Assembly (NCBI GenBank): GCA_018400015.1 | Contig: JAGYNB010000001.1 | Location: 6,815 to 70,814 of the forward strand | DNA length: 64,000 nt | Direction of reading: 5' to 3' | Source: Candidatus Omnitrophota bacterium | GTDB taxonomy: Bacteria > Omnitrophota > Gorgyraeia > Gygaellales > Gygaellaceae | Shown: piece by piece, positions 27,601 through 39,994 of the stretch | How the letters are laid out: each line of letters begins with the position of its first letter | How positions within the stretch are numbered: the first letter of the stretch is position 1 | Made by a program: the position numbers and the translations under genes | Notes under the pieces: model-generated | Databases searched by the model: none | Told to the model about the DNA's origin: nothing | Seen by the model: only the letters and a program-made list of their open reading frames with translations

Positions 27601-27824
27601 CTAACGTCAGCGAGGATATCGAAAACAAGAAAATCGATATTATTATAAATACTCCTATCGGCAGAGAAAGTAAATACGACGATAGCTATATCAGGAAATT
27701 AGCGATAAGGCACAAAATCCCATATATAACCACAACTGCCGCTGCTATTGCTGCAGTTAAAGGGATAGAGGATATCGCTAACGATAAAGCAGATATTAAG
27801 TGTCTACAGGATTATCATAGTTGA
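24630..27824 (+). CDS. carB: Carbamoyl-phosphate synthase large subunit
   Basis: GSGPIIIGQACEFDYSG; duplicated ATP-grasp halves; MGS-like tail. Confidence 0.98.
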   Translation: MPRRNDLKKILIIGSGPIIIGQACEFDYSGTQACKALKEEGYEVVLVNSNPATIMTDPQTADRTYIEPLTVESIEKIIKKERPDGLLPNLGGQTGLNLSAALSKQGVLEKYNVELIGVTADTIERGEDRIAFKETMAKINIPVPRSFPCYSVKEAESVAKKLGYPVAVRPAYTMGGTGGGLVKDEEELRVIVSRGLSASLIGQVLIEESVLGWEELELEVVRDKKGQKITVCFIENIDPMGVHTGDSFCVAPMLTVPEKLQKRMQEASYKIVDAIGVIGGTNVQFAHNPVDDRLLVIEINPRTSRSSALASKATGFPIARISTKLAVGITLDEIPYWRDGTLEKYTPSGDYVVVKFARWAFEKFTQEKDVLGTQMKAVGEVMSIGKNFKEAFQKAIRSLEIKRYGLGFAKDFNSMTLDELKKRLENPTSERVFLMYEALRKGLSVEELHGMTDIHRFFLEDMKELVEEEKEILNFKDKQLPDAMLLKAKESGFSDKYLAQILNTKESDLRQRRLELGKKQVYDAVPVSGVENAAYYYSTYIKDDKVDVSKAKKILILGGGPNRIGQGIEFDYTCVHAAFALREKRIESVMVNCNPETVSTDYDTSNKLYFEPLTVEDVLTIYNKEKPDGVIVQFGGQTPLNIAKELEDAGVNILGTSPDSIHLAEDRKRFKKIMDDLNIPQPESGTASSIEEALKVANKIGYPLMVRPSFVLGGRGMEIVYNEKMLLEYVKAATEVTPEYPMLIDRFLEEAIEVEVDAISDGEEIIIPAVMEHIELAGVHSGDSACMVPSLNISKENINTIKDYSKKIAKELKVVGLMNIQYAIANNKVYILEANPRASRTVPLVSKVMGISMAKIATKIMMGEKIKDMDIKISEKIDHVGVKEAVFPFNMFPSVDPVLGPEMKATGEVMGMAISFGVAFYKAQEAAGTKLPLKGKVFISVADKDKNKIIDVAKRLARLGFDILATKGTKELLEKNNIKSDLAVKVHEGSPNVSEDIENKKIDIIINTPIGRESKYDDSYIRKLAIRHKIPYITTTAAAIAAVKGIEDIANDKADIKCLQDYHS

Positions 27825-28225
27825 TGAACACAAAAAAAATTCAAATCAAAACAAAAACACAAACAGAATTTGTGGATATAACTAGAAACATTAAGGAATT
27901 TATATCCGCAAGCGGGGTCAAAGAGGGTATTTGTATTATCTATGTAGTGCATACCACAGCAGCGCTTACAATAAATGAAAATGCAGATCCTTTAGTTAAG
28001 AGAGATATTTTAAGAAAGCTGAATATGATTGTTCCTTGGGAGGATGGTTATGAGCATGCAGAAGGCAATTCTGCTGCGCACATCAAGTCTAGCATATTGG
28101 GCTTTTCGCAAAGCTTAATTATCGATAATCACGAGCTTATTTTGGGGACTTGGCAGGGGGTTTATTTTGCTGAGTTTGACGGACCAAGGACCAGAGAGGT
28201 ATTTGTTAAAATTATCGTAGGTTAA
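27821..28225 (+). CDS. YjbQ (UPF0047) family protein
   Basis: HTTAALTINENAD, GNSAAHIK, LGTWQGVYFAEFDGPR. Confidence 0.9.
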   Translation: MMNTKKIQIKTKTQTEFVDITRNIKEFISASGVKEGICIIYVVHTTAALTINENADPLVKRDILRKLNMIVPWEDGYEHAEGNSAAHIKSSILGFSQSLIIDNHELILGTWQGVYFAEFDGPRTREVFVKIIVG

Positions 28226-28228
28226 ATT

Positions 28229-29029
28229 ATGCCAGAGCTTCCGGAAGTCGAGACTATAAAAAGAGAATTAATGCAGCAGCTGGTAGATAAAAAAATCACT
28301 GCTGTTGTAGTAAACAATGCCAAGGTAATCAAGCAGCCCAGCAGAAGCGTTTTTATAAAAACCGTTAAAGGAAGTACTATTAAAAGAATCATAAGAAAAG
28401 GAAAGCTTCTGATATTTGGACTCAGTAACGGTAAGTTCTTGACAGTGCATTTAAGGATGACCGGTCAGTTTGTTTATCCTGGAGACGGTATAAAGTCAAG
28501 AGTTAGCTTTCGGCTTTCGAATAACAGATTATTGGATTATAAGGATCAACGATTGCTTGGAGAATTGCGCGTTGTGAAAAATTTCAACAATATTCCTTTT
28601 GTAAAAGAATTGGGCCCTGAGCCTTTTGATTTGACTGCCAGTAAATTTGAGAGTATGCTAACTAATAGAAAAACTAAGATAAAACCTCTTTTGATGGATC
28701 AAAAGTTTATTGCCGGAATTGGCAATCTTTATGCTGCAGAAGTTCTTTTTCGTGCACGTATTAGCCCGTTAAGATCGGCATTGAGTCTAAGTAAGAAAGA
28801 AAAGAGAAACCTTTTTAATGAGATTATAAAAACTTTAAAAGAGGCGATTCGCTGCAGAGGATCATCGATGGATCAATATATACAGCTTTCTGGTAAACCC
28901 GGAAGTTATGTTAAACACCATAAGGTTTATGATAAAAAAGGTAAACCCTGTATTGTATGTAATACTGCCATAAAAAGGATTTCTTTAGCCGGAAGAGGAA
29001 CTTATTTTTGCCCAAAATGCCAGAAATGA
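28229..29029 (+). CDS. mutM: Formamidopyrimidine-DNA glycosylase
   Basis: MPELPEVE, HLRMTG, GIGNLY, C-terminal zinc finger RGTYFCPKCQ. Confidence 0.96.
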   Translation: MPELPEVETIKRELMQQLVDKKITAVVVNNAKVIKQPSRSVFIKTVKGSTIKRIIRKGKLLIFGLSNGKFLTVHLRMTGQFVYPGDGIKSRVSFRLSNNRLLDYKDQRLLGELRVVKNFNNIPFVKELGPEPFDLTASKFESMLTNRKTKIKPLLMDQKFIAGIGNLYAAEVLFRARISPLRSALSLSKKEKRNLFNEIIKTLKEAIRCRGSSMDQYIQLSGKPGSYVKHHKVYDKKGKPCIVCNTAIKRISLAGRGTYFCPKCQK

Positions 29030-29805
29030 AGATAATAAATAAAAAATACCGGGTTTTAGAGAATAAGAAAATTGCCAGCAATCGTTTCATGATGAAATTG
29101 GCGGTTTGTAAAAGTTTCTTAAAAATATGTAAGCCGGGTCAGTTTATTCATATAAAGGTATCGGATTCGTTGGATCCTTTCTTGAGAAGGCCGATAAGTA
29201 TACATAAAGTTAATGCCAGCAGTATTGATATAATCTACGATGTTAAAGGAAAAGGCACAACGATTTTATCAAGTAAAAAAAAGAATTCTTTTTTAGATAT
29301 AGTAGGTCCTTTAGGCAATGGTTTTAATTTAAATAATAATAAAAATAAAATTCCTAAGATTTTAATTGCCGGCGGTATGGGAGCTGCGCCGTTAGTATTT
29401 TTAGCCCAGAGATTTAAAAAACCAAAAGGTTTAGTATTGATCGGCGCAAGGACAAAAAAAGAAGTTGTTTGTAAACACGAGTTTAAGAAAATAGGTTGTA
29501 GTGTTAAAATCGCTACAGATGACGGCACAGAAGGAATCAAAGGTAGCGTTGTAGAACTTTTTAAGCGGGTAATAACTTCGGTTGAAAATAAGGCTAAGGT
29601 TGAAATATTTGCCTGTGGCCCAGAAGTTATGCTTAAATCGCTAAAGAATATTCTTAAGGCAAACAGACTCGATGCCCAAGTGTCGTTAGAGAATTTTATG
29701 GGTTGCGGTATAGGTGTATGTTTGGGGTGTGCGGTTAAGACAGAATCAGGTTACAAAAGAGTATGTAAAGACGGACCGGTTTTTAAATTAAGCGAGGTTT
29801 TTTAA
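29026..29805 (+). CDS. pyrK: Dihydroorotate dehydrogenase electron transfer subunit
   Basis: LRRPISI, GPLGNGF, MGCGIGVCLGC...VCKDGPVF; ATG 29026 overlaps the mutM stop. Confidence 0.92.
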   Translation: MKIINKKYRVLENKKIASNRFMMKLAVCKSFLKICKPGQFIHIKVSDSLDPFLRRPISIHKVNASSIDIIYDVKGKGTTILSSKKKNSFLDIVGPLGNGFNLNNNKNKIPKILIAGGMGAAPLVFLAQRFKKPKGLVLIGARTKKEVVCKHEFKKIGCSVKIATDDGTEGIKGSVVELFKRVITSVENKAKVEIFACGPEVMLKSLKNILKANRLDAQVSLENFMGCGIGVCLGCAVKTESGYKRVCKDGPVFKLSEVF

Positions 29806-29818
29806 AATAGGAGCAAAT

Positions 29819-30175
29819 ATGTATTTACTTTATATAGCTTTGGGTTTGGCAGCAGGAATTTTAAGCGGGATTTTAGGAATAGGCGGAGGCAGTATTCTTA
29901 TACCCGCGTTTGTTTTTTTACTTGGCATGACGCAACATCAGGCTCAAGGGACAACTCTTGCCTTGATGGTGCCTCCTATAGGGCTACTGGCAGCCATGCG
30001 TTATTATCAAAGCGGGAATGTAAAAATAAATGTGGCAATTTTTGTCTGTGTGGGTTTTTTTATCGGAGGGCTCATAGGGGCTATGTTTGTAGATAAAATT
30101 CCCGATGTAATGTTAAAAAGAGGGTTTGGAGCGTTTTTGTTATTTGTCGGTTTAAGGATGGTATTTGCGAAATAG
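29819..30175 (+). CDS. Half-length TauE/SafE (TSUP) family membrane protein
   Basis: SGILGIGGG, HQAQGTTL; four hydrophobic helices. Confidence 0.8.
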   Translation: MYLLYIALGLAAGILSGILGIGGGSILIPAFVFLLGMTQHQAQGTTLALMVPPIGLLAAMRYYQSGNVKINVAIFVCVGFFIGGLIGAMFVDKIPDVMLKRGFGAFLLFVGLRMVFAK

Positions 30176-30176
30176 C

Positions 30177-31085
30177 ATGAACTCAAAAATCAAAATAGCA
30201 AAACTAGAATTAAGAAATCCTGTAGTGACTGCTTCAGGAACTTTTGGTTACGGCAAAGAATTTAGCGAAATAATAGATTTAAAAGATATCGGCGCAGTTA
30301 TTACTAAAACGATTACAGTTTATCCAAGAGAAGGTAATCCTGCTCCGAGAATCGTTGAAACTCCATCAGGGATGATTAATTCTATTGGTTTAGAAAATAA
30401 AGGGTTGGATGATTTTTTAAAAAATAAACTTTGTAGTTTAAAAAAATTTAAAACAAAAGTTATCGTAAGCATTGCCGGTTTTTGCAATGAAGATTTTATT
30501 GCTTTGTCTAAGGGCTTAAATGTCGCAGGCGTTGATGCTCTTGAGCTTAATCTGTCCTGCCCGAATCTAAATAAAAAAATAATCGCTCAGAATAAAAAGC
30601 TTACTTCTCAAGCGGTATATTTGGTGAGAAAATATTCCAAAAAAACCTTGATTGTAAAACTTTCTCCCAATGTCTCGGATATTGCTGAATTTGCTTCTGT
30701 CGCCGAAGACTGCGGGGCAGATGCGGTGTCTTTGGTGAATACTTTTTACGCCATGGCAATTGACATTGGAAGAAAAAAGCCTGCTCTTGGAAATATTATC
30801 GGTGGGCTAAGCGGCCCGGCAATTAAACCGATTGCCTTAAAGATGGTTTTTGACGTGTTTAAAAAAGTAAAGATTCCAATAATCGCTTCAGGCGGAATAG
30901 CGGATGTAAAAGATGCCTTGGAATTTATCATGGCCGGGGCAAGTGTGGTTTCAGCGGGAAGCATTAACTTTGTAAACACGACTTCTTGCGTTGAAATTGC
31001 AAAAGGAATAAACAGGTATCTAGACAAGAATAAAATAAAAACATTAAAACAAATAATCGGTTGCGCGCATGAAAAGAAAAACTAA
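30177..31085 (+). CDS. pyrD: Dihydroorotate dehydrogenase B catalytic subunit
   Basis: ASGTFGYG, ELNLSCPN, KLSPN, GGLSGPAIKP. Confidence 0.95.
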   Translation: MNSKIKIAKLELRNPVVTASGTFGYGKEFSEIIDLKDIGAVITKTITVYPREGNPAPRIVETPSGMINSIGLENKGLDDFLKNKLCSLKKFKTKVIVSIAGFCNEDFIALSKGLNVAGVDALELNLSCPNLNKKIIAQNKKLTSQAVYLVRKYSKKTLIVKLSPNVSDIAEFASVAEDCGADAVSLVNTFYAMAIDIGRKKPALGNIIGGLSGPAIKPIALKMVFDVFKKVKIPIIASGGIADVKDALEFIMAGASVVSAGSINFVNTTSCVEIAKGINRYLDKNKIKTLKQIIGCAHEKKN

Positions 31086-31767
31086 TCTCATTGTAGCCAT
31101 AGACGTAGACAGTTTTACAAAAGCCAAATATTTAGTTAGAAAACTTTATCCGTCAGTAAAAATATTTAAGGTAGGCTCGCATTTATTTACTAACTGCGGG
31201 CCAAAGATAATTAATTATATAAATTCATTGGGGGCGAAGGTATTTCTTGATTTAAAGTATTATGATATCCCTAGTGTTGTGGCTAGTGCCGTAAAGGAGG
31301 CCGCTAAATTAAAAGTTTTTATGGTTGACGTGCATGCTTCAGGCGGGAGCAGCATGATAAAAGAAGTTTTAAAAGCGACAAAGGGCATTAAAAATAGACC
31401 TATTATTTTAGGGGTTACTGTTTTAACCAGTTTTAATCAAAAAGAGTTAAACGAATTAGGCATATCGCGAAGTTTAAATAATCAGGTTTTGACTTTGGCT
31501 AAAAATGCGCTAAAATTAGGTATAGATGGCATTGTTTGCTCGCCTCATGAGATAAGTTTATTACGTAAAAAGCTCGGCAGAAAGTTTATTATTGTTAGTC
31601 CTGGAATAAGACCATGTAGTATGGGTGATGACCAAAAAAGATTTATGAGCCCTCAAGAGGCTGCCGTATTAGGAGCTGATTACATAGTTGTAGGAAGACC
31701 AATCATAAAAGCAATTGATCCTCAGGAAGAAGCAAAAATAATTATTCGCAGCATCAAAAATAAATGA
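31069..31767 (+). CDS. pyrF: Orotidine-5'-phosphate decarboxylase
   Basis: FLDLKYYDIP, GVTVLTS, PGIRP, VVGRPI. Confidence 0.95.
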   Translation: MKRKTNLIVAIDVDSFTKAKYLVRKLYPSVKIFKVGSHLFTNCGPKIINYINSLGAKVFLDLKYYDIPSVVASAVKEAAKLKVFMVDVHASGGSSMIKEVLKATKGIKNRPIILGVTVLTSFNQKELNELGISRSLNNQVLTLAKNALKLGIDGIVCSPHEISLLRKKLGRKFIIVSPGIRPCSMGDDQKRFMSPQEAAVLGADYIVVGRPIIKAIDPQEEAKIIIRSIKNK

Positions 31768-32339
31768 AACATAACGAAATTATAAGTGTTTTTAAGAAAA
31801 CACAAGCATTGTTAAGCGGACATTTTTTACTTACAAGTGGTTTGCACAGCGCTAATTACGTTCAGTGTGCCAAGGTTTTGCAGTATCCTAAATACACACA
31901 AGTTTTATGTAATGAATTAGCGAAGAAGTTTAAACATAAGAAAATTGATGTTGTTGTTGGGCCTGCCTTAGGCGGAATAATTGTTGCTTATGAAGTTGCC
32001 CGCAGTTTAAATGTAAAAGGCATTTTTACCGAGAGAGACAAGACGGGAAGTATGTGTTTAAGGCGCGATTTTTCTATTGCCCCAAAAAGTAATGTTTTGG
32101 TGGTTGAAGACGTTGTTACAACTGCCGGCTCGGTTAAGGAAGTTGTTAAGTTGCTTAAAAAATTAAAGGTAAATGTGGTTGGCTTGGGGTGTCTAGTTGA
32201 CAGGACCAAGTCTAAACCAAAATTTGTTAAGTGTTTTAAATCTTTAGTAAGGTTAAAATTTCAGACATATAAATCTTCTAATTGCCCTCTCTGTAAAGAT
32301 TCTATTGCGCTTATTAAACCAGGTTCGAGGAAAATTTAA
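31764..32339 (+). CDS. pyrE: Orotate phosphoribosyltransferase
   Basis: GHFLLTSGLHS, VVEDVVTTAGS, KPGSR. Confidence 0.95.
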   Translation: MKHNEIISVFKKTQALLSGHFLLTSGLHSANYVQCAKVLQYPKYTQVLCNELAKKFKHKKIDVVVGPALGGIIVAYEVARSLNVKGIFTERDKTGSMCLRRDFSIAPKSNVLVVEDVVTTAGSVKEVVKLLKKLKVNVVGLGCLVDRTKSKPKFVKCFKSLVRLKFQTYKSSNCPLCKDSIALIKPGSRKI

Positions 32340-32350
32340 GGAAACTTGCC

Positions 32351-32661
32351 ATGGACAGCAAAAAAGCATTAGACAATATTATTAAGGAAGAGAATGATTT
32401 TACACAAAAAATAGAATTTGCAAAACAAAAGGCAAAAGCGATTGTTAATAAAGCTCGTCAGGAAAAAGAGAATATCATCAAGGAAGCGTACTCGTTAGTA
32501 AAAAATGAATCAGAAAAATTACGTAAAAAGATTTCCGACGAGACGAAAATAGAAGCCGAGTTAATAAAAAAGAAAATAAACGATCGGATAAAGGACGTTG
32601 AGGAATCAGCCAAGAAGAACCTTAACAACGCAGTAAGTTTTATAAAAAATAAACTTCGCTA

Positions 32662-32662
<1 letters not shown>
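32351..32662 (+). CDS. V/A-type ATPase subunit G/H (peripheral stalk)
   Basis: Charged coiled coil at the head of the ATPase operon. Confidence 0.75.
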
Positions 32663-35125
<2,463 letters not shown>

Positions 35126-35130
35126 TAATT

Positions 35131-35541
35131 ATGTCACTGGAAAACATAATCGCACATATTCAATCCGAATCAGATAAGGAAAAACAAGCTATTTTAGATC
35201 AGGCCAAGAAAGATGAGCAGTCTATCATTGAAGAGGCTTGGGCGCAGCGAGATGAGCTTTATAAAGATCTTTTTAAGAAAGAAGAAGAAAGTATTCTTGC
35301 TGAAAAGAAACGTGTAATCGTGAATGAAAGCATAGAAGGTAAAAAAAGGATATTGAAACGTAAGCAGGAATTGATTGATGCACTTTTTCAGCAAGTGGAA
35401 AATTCTTTGAAAAAAAGCGATTTGAAGAAAAAACAAGTGTTTAATGATAAAGAAATAGATGCGCAAGAAGATGTTACAGATTTCTTGAAAAGAATTAGGT
35501 TTGAGCTGGAGCCAGAGATCGTAAAAATTTTATTTTCTTAA
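35131..35541 (+). CDS. V/A-type ATPase subunit E (short, 136 aa)
   Basis: MSLENII coiled-coil start and EIVKILF end; operon position. Confidence 0.75.
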   Translation: MSLENIIAHIQSESDKEKQAILDQAKKDEQSIIEEAWAQRDELYKDLFKKEEESILAEKKRVIVNESIEGKKRILKRKQELIDALFQQVENSLKKSDLKKKQVFNDKEIDAQEDVTDFLKRIRFELEPEIVKILFS

Positions 35542-35556
35542 AAATAAGGGGAGTAA

Positions 35557-35718
35557 ATGTTTGATTTTTCTAAGTTGTCAGATATGACAAAATTGGCGAA
35601 CGAAGCCAAAAATTTACAGAAACAACAAGAGGGAATGCAAAAAGAGCAAATTTCGCTTTTAAAAGATATCTCTCACAAGCTCGATAAGGTTATTAGTCTT
35701 TTGGAAAAAGATGAATAA
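35557..35718 (+). CDS. Unannotated 53-aa coiled-coil protein in the ATPase operon
   Basis: SD AAGGGGAG then MFDFSKLSDMTKLANEAKNLQKQQEGMQKEQISLLKDISHKLDKVISLLEKDE*; fills the gap and overlaps the next start. Confidence 0.7.
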   Translation: MFDFSKLSDMTKLANEAKNLQKQQEGMQKEQISLLKDISHKLDKVISLLEKDE

Positions 35719-36514
35719 ATCAGCTTCGATATACGAATATGCCTATGGTGTTGGCAAGGTAAGGGCTATGGAAAGGCACCTTATTAAAGATGAGGTTTTT
35801 ATGGAGTCTGTAAGTTTAGACCTAAAGGATGCTCTGCGTCTTTTCGCTGAAACCGGTATTTTTCAGGAAGGGCTAGGTAAAATCAATACCAGCGATGAAT
35901 TAGAAAAAGTTCTAAAAAATGAAAAAGAAAATTTAGATAATTTAGCCAGTAAGCTTTTGGTTGATAAAGAGCTCATATTTCTTCTTGACGCAACAGATTT
36001 AATCAGGGCAAAGAGAGTATCGCTTAGCTACAATTTCAAGCTGTTACAGGATTTTATTATGCATATGATCGATATGAACAATATTAAGACTTTCTTAAGA
36101 AATTTTGTTTTTAAAGACAGCTTGGATAAATTACGCAGCGTGATAACAGAGTCAGGTTTTATAAATAAAAATGATTTTTTTTCTGTTTATGACAAAGAGC
36201 TGTCTTTTTTCTTGGCCAAGCTCGAATTTGTACACAGGCGATATTCTATTGTCGACTACACTTTATTCTTGAAAGACGCCATAAAACTTATAGAGGAAAA
36301 AAAGTCTTTTATCGCATTGGAAAAAGCAATTGCCGGATTTTTGATTGAAGTGTTAAGGCCGGCTAAATATCTGTGTTTTGGTCCAGAAGCAATCCTGGCT
36401 TATTATTATGCCAGGATAAATGAAATAAATTTAGTTAGATTGATAGTTTTGGCTAAACTTAACGATTTAGACAATAGCATTATAAAACAAAGACTGAACA
36501 GAACATATGCCTGA
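35711..36514 (+). CDS. V/A-type ATPase subunit C (short)
   Basis: YAYGVGKVRAME, IDMNNIK, FGPEAILAYY...EINLVRLI. Confidence 0.85.
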   Translation: MNKSASIYEYAYGVGKVRAMERHLIKDEVFMESVSLDLKDALRLFAETGIFQEGLGKINTSDELEKVLKNEKENLDNLASKLLVDKELIFLLDATDLIRAKRVSLSYNFKLLQDFIMHMIDMNNIKTFLRNFVFKDSLDKLRSVITESGFINKNDFFSVYDKELSFFLAKLEFVHRRYSIVDYTLFLKDAIKLIEEKKSFIALEKAIAGFLIEVLRPAKYLCFGPEAILAYYYARINEINLVRLIVLAKLNDLDNSIIKQRLNRTYA

Positions 36515-36827
36515 TAAAATTATAGAAAATCATAATTTTGCTATTATTGGGAGAGAAGAGGCAGTTATTTCCTTTAAGGCAATAGGATTTGACACGTATC
36601 CAATTATAAACGATAAAAGCGTGAGAGATGCAATAAAAGAAATCGTTTCAAAAGCTATTAAGATTTGTTTGGTAGAAGAAAGTTTCTTTGTAGATAACAA
36701 AGATCTTTTTATTGATTTCAAAGAAAAGACATTTCCGATCTTTGTTCCTTTTTCTGTCAAAGAATCAAAAGGGTCAATGGAAGAGCTTGTTAAGGAAATA
36801 AGGCTTAAGGCAACAGGGAAAATCTAG
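36507..36827 (+). CDS. V/A-type ATPase subunit F
   Basis: AIIGREEAVISFKAIG...KATG. Confidence 0.85.
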   Translation: MPDKIIENHNFAIIGREEAVISFKAIGFDTYPIINDKSVRDAIKEIVSKAIKICLVEESFFVDNKDLFIDFKEKTFPIFVPFSVKESKGSMEELVKEIRLKATGKI

Positions 36828-36862
36828 TTAATGTTTACAGGTAAAATTAATAGGAGTATTTG

Positions 36863-38617
36863 ATGAGTAAGAAATCAAAGATTGTAAAAGTGGCCGGTCC
36901 TTTGGTTATTGCCTCAGGTTGTAGAGGCGCAAGGATGTTTGATTTGGTAAGGGTGTCTGATAAAAATTTGGTTGGTGAGATAATCGAACTTAAGTCAGAC
37001 AAGGCTTATATTCAGGTATATGAAGAAACAAGCGGTATCGGGCCGGGAGAAAATGTAGAGCTTATTAATAGCCCGTTAACTGTAGAATTGGGTCCGGGTC
37101 TTTTAGGTTCGATTTATGATGGAGTGCAAAGGCCTTTGGATAAAATAAGTTTAAAGTATGGAGATTTTATTCCTAGAGGCGTAGAGTTCAGTGCTTTGGA
37201 TTATGAGAAAAAATGGCATTTTAGACCGATTGCTAAAAAAGGCGATCACATTGGGCCAGGAGATATATTAGGAGAAGTAGATGAAACAGTTTTGATTAAG
37301 CATAAAATTATGGTTCCTGCTTCTGTGGAAGGTAAGATCGTTGAGATAGCAGAGGGAGATTTTAACATAAAAGAAAAAATTGCTTTGGTTAATAATAAAG
37401 ATAAAGATATTTCTATAAGTATGTCTTCTAAATGGCCTGTGAGAAATCCAAAGCCATTTAAGAAAAAGTTTTCGCCCAGCGTTCCTTTGACTACCGGTCA
37501 ACGGGTAATCGATACTTTCTTTCCGATGACAAAAGGAGGGACTGCCTGTATTCCCGGGCCATTTGGAGCAGGCAAAACCGTTACTATGCATGAGGTGGCT
37601 AAGTGGTCAGATGCAGATATTATTGTTTATATTGCCTGCGGAGAAAGAGGAAACGAATGCGCAGATCTTTTATTGAGTTTTCCAGAGTTAAAAGATCCGC
37701 GTACCGGAAGGCCTTTACTAGAGCGCACTGTGGTTATTGCTAACACATCGAACATGCCAGTTGCCGCAAGGGAAGCTTCAGTTTATACAGGGATAACCAT
37801 AGCCGAATATTACAGAGATATGGGTTATAATGTGGCAATAATGGCTGATTCTACATCGCGTTGGGCAGAGGCGTTACGTGAAATATCCGGTCGTCTTGAA
37901 GAAATGCCCGGAGAAGAAGGATACCCGGCGTATTTATCCAGTCGTTTAGCACAATTCTATGAAAGAGCGGGTTCTGTAGAGTGTTTGGGGTCGGATAGAA
38001 GAAAAGGCACTTTAAGCATTATGGGTGCGGTATCTCCTCCAGGTGGTGATTTGTCTGATCCGGTTGTCCAAGCAACCTTAAGAGTGGTTAAGGTTTTCTG
38101 GGGGTTGGATGAAAAGTTGGCCCATGCAAGACATTTTCCGGCGATAAACTGGCTGGAGAGCTATTCATTGTACCACGATAATTTAAGAGAATTTATTAAA
38201 AATAATATTTCTCAAGATCAGATTGATTTGAAAATAGAGGCTATGCGGTTATTGGGAGAGGAGAGTTCTCTTCTAGAAATTGCGCGTTTGGTAGGAATCG
38301 ATTCTTTGTCATTCGAAGATAGACTTATTCTGGAGGTAGCAAAGTCAATAAGAGAAGATTTTTTGCATCAAAACGCATTTCACGAAATCGATACATACAC
38401 CTCTTTAATTAAGCAGCACAGGATACTAAAAGTAATTATGCTATTTTTTTCCTTGGCGAAAACAAAATTAAAAGAGGGCATGTCTTTTGAAGAAATTTTA
38501 AAACTCGAAGCAAAGGAAAAGATAAGCAGACTTAAATATATTGAAGAAAGCAAATTAGAAGAATTTGATAATATCGAGAAAGAGCTTAAAGAAGCTTTTG
38601 GAAAGAGCAAGGAGTAG
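36863..38617 (+). CDS. V/A-type ATPase subunit A
   Basis: [40 protein letters not shown]. Confidence 0.97.
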   Translation: MSKKSKIVKVAGPLVIASGCRGARMFDLVRVSDKNLVGEIIELKSDKAYIQVYEETSGIGPGENVELINSPLTVELGPGLLGSIYDGVQRPLDKISLKYGDFIPRGVEFSALDYEKKWHFRPIAKKGDHIGPGDILGEVDETVLIKHKIMVPASVEGKIVEIAEGDFNIKEKIALVNNKDKDISISMSSKWPVRNPKPFKKKFSPSVPLTTGQRVIDTFFPMTKGGTACIPGPFGAGKTVTMHEVAKWSDADIIVYIACGERGNECADLLLSFPELKDPRTGRPLLERTVVIANTSNMPVAAREASVYTGITIAEYYRDMGYNVAIMADSTSRWAEALREISGRLEEMPGEEGYPAYLSSRLAQFYERAGSVECLGSDRRKGTLSIMGAVSPPGGDLSDPVVQATLRVVKVFWGLDEKLAHARHFPAINWLESYSLYHDNLREFIKNNISQDQIDLKIEAMRLLGEESSLLEIARLVGIDSLSFEDRLILEVAKSIREDFLHQNAFHEIDTYTSLIKQHRILKVIMLFFSLAKTKLKEGMSFEEILKLEAKEKISRLKYIEESKLEEFDNIEKELKEAFGKSKE

Positions 38618-38623
38618 TTTTTT

Positions 38624-39994
38624 ATGCAAAAAGAATACTTAACGGTTAATTCAATATCAGGTCCTTTGGTTATTGTTGAAAAAACTAGGGATGTCAAATA
38701 TGCCGAACTTGTAGAGGTGGAGTTTTCAAATAATGAAATAAGACGAGGTAAAGTATTGGAGGTTCAGGAAGATAAAGCCTTAATACAGATGTTCGAGGGT
38801 ACTATTGGATTGGATGTGGAAAATTCTAAGGTTAGATTTTTAGGGCGCGTGCAGGAATTGGGGGTATCGAAGGATTTACTGGGAAGGATTTTTGACGGCG
38901 CAGGCAGGGCAAAAGATGAGGGCCCGGAGATTATTCCTGAAAAACGCCTAGATATAAACGGTAATTCGATTAATCCGTATACGAGAGATTACCCGTCAGA
39001 ATTTATTCAAACCGGGATCTCCACCATAGACTGTATGAATCCTTTAGTAAGAGGACAAAAGCTCCCTGTGTTTTCCGGAGCCGGGCTTCCTCATGCCAAA
39101 GTTAGTGCGCAAATTGCAAGGCAGGCCACAGTATTGGGCAAAAAAGATTCATTTGCGGTAGTTTTTGCTGCCATGGGTATTACTTTTGAAGAAGCAGATT
39201 TTTTTATGAAGGATTTTTATAAGACCGGGGCGATCGAGCGCAGCACTCTTTTTATCAATTTAGCCAATGACCCGGCGATTGAACGAATTTCAACCCCTCG
39301 CCTTGCATTGACCTGTGCTGAGTATCTGGCCTTTGATTTAGATATGCATGTTTTGGTAATTCTTATAGATATGTCTTTTTACTGCGAATCATTAAGAGAG
39401 GTTTCTGCTGCCAGAAAAGAGATTCCCGGTAGGCGCGGATATCCGGGGTATCTTTATACGGATCTAGCATCGCTTTATGAAAGAGCAGGGCGTATTAAAG
39501 GCAAGAAAGGTTCGATTACGCTTTTGCCTGTTTTGACCATGCCTGAAGACGACAAGACTCATCCCATACCGGATTTAACAGGGTATATTACCGAAGGGCA
39601 AATTATTATTTCACGAGAGCTTCATAGAAAAGGTATTTATCCGCCGGTAGATGTATTGCCCAGTTTGTCTCGTCTTAAAGATAAAGGAATCGGCAAGGGA
39701 AAAACCAGAGAAGATCATTCAGATGTATTAAATCAATTGTTTGCCTGTTATGCAAAAGGCAAAGAAGCAAGAGAGCTTTCCGTGATTTTAGGAGAAGCAG
39801 CGCTTTCCGATGTGGATAAAATCTATTTGCAGTTTGCCAATGAATTTGAGGAAAGTTTTGTCAAACAATCAGAGTACGAAAACCGTTCTATAGAAGAATC
39901 TCTTTCTATAGGTTGGAAATTATTGAATAAGCTTCCCTTGCAAGAACTCAAGAGGATCAGGGAAGAATATTTGGATAAATATTACAAGAAATGA
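38624..39994 (+). CDS. V/A-type ATPase subunit B
   Basis: [37 protein letters not shown]. Confidence 0.97.
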   Translation: MQKEYLTVNSISGPLVIVEKTRDVKYAELVEVEFSNNEIRRGKVLEVQEDKALIQMFEGTIGLDVENSKVRFLGRVQELGVSKDLLGRIFDGAGRAKDEGPEIIPEKRLDINGNSINPYTRDYPSEFIQTGISTIDCMNPLVRGQKLPVFSGAGLPHAKVSAQIARQATVLGKKDSFAVVFAAMGITFEEADFFMKDFYKTGAIERSTLFINLANDPAIERISTPRLALTCAEYLAFDLDMHVLVILIDMSFYCESLREVSAARKEIPGRRGYPGYLYTDLASLYERAGRIKGKKGSITLLPVLTMPEDDKTHPIPDLTGYITEGQIIISRELHRKGIYPPVDVLPSLSRLKDKGIGKGKTREDHSDVLNQLFACYAKGKEARELSVILGEAALSDVDKIYLQFANEFEESFVKQSEYENRSIEESLSIGWKLLNKLPLQELKRIREEYLDKYYKK

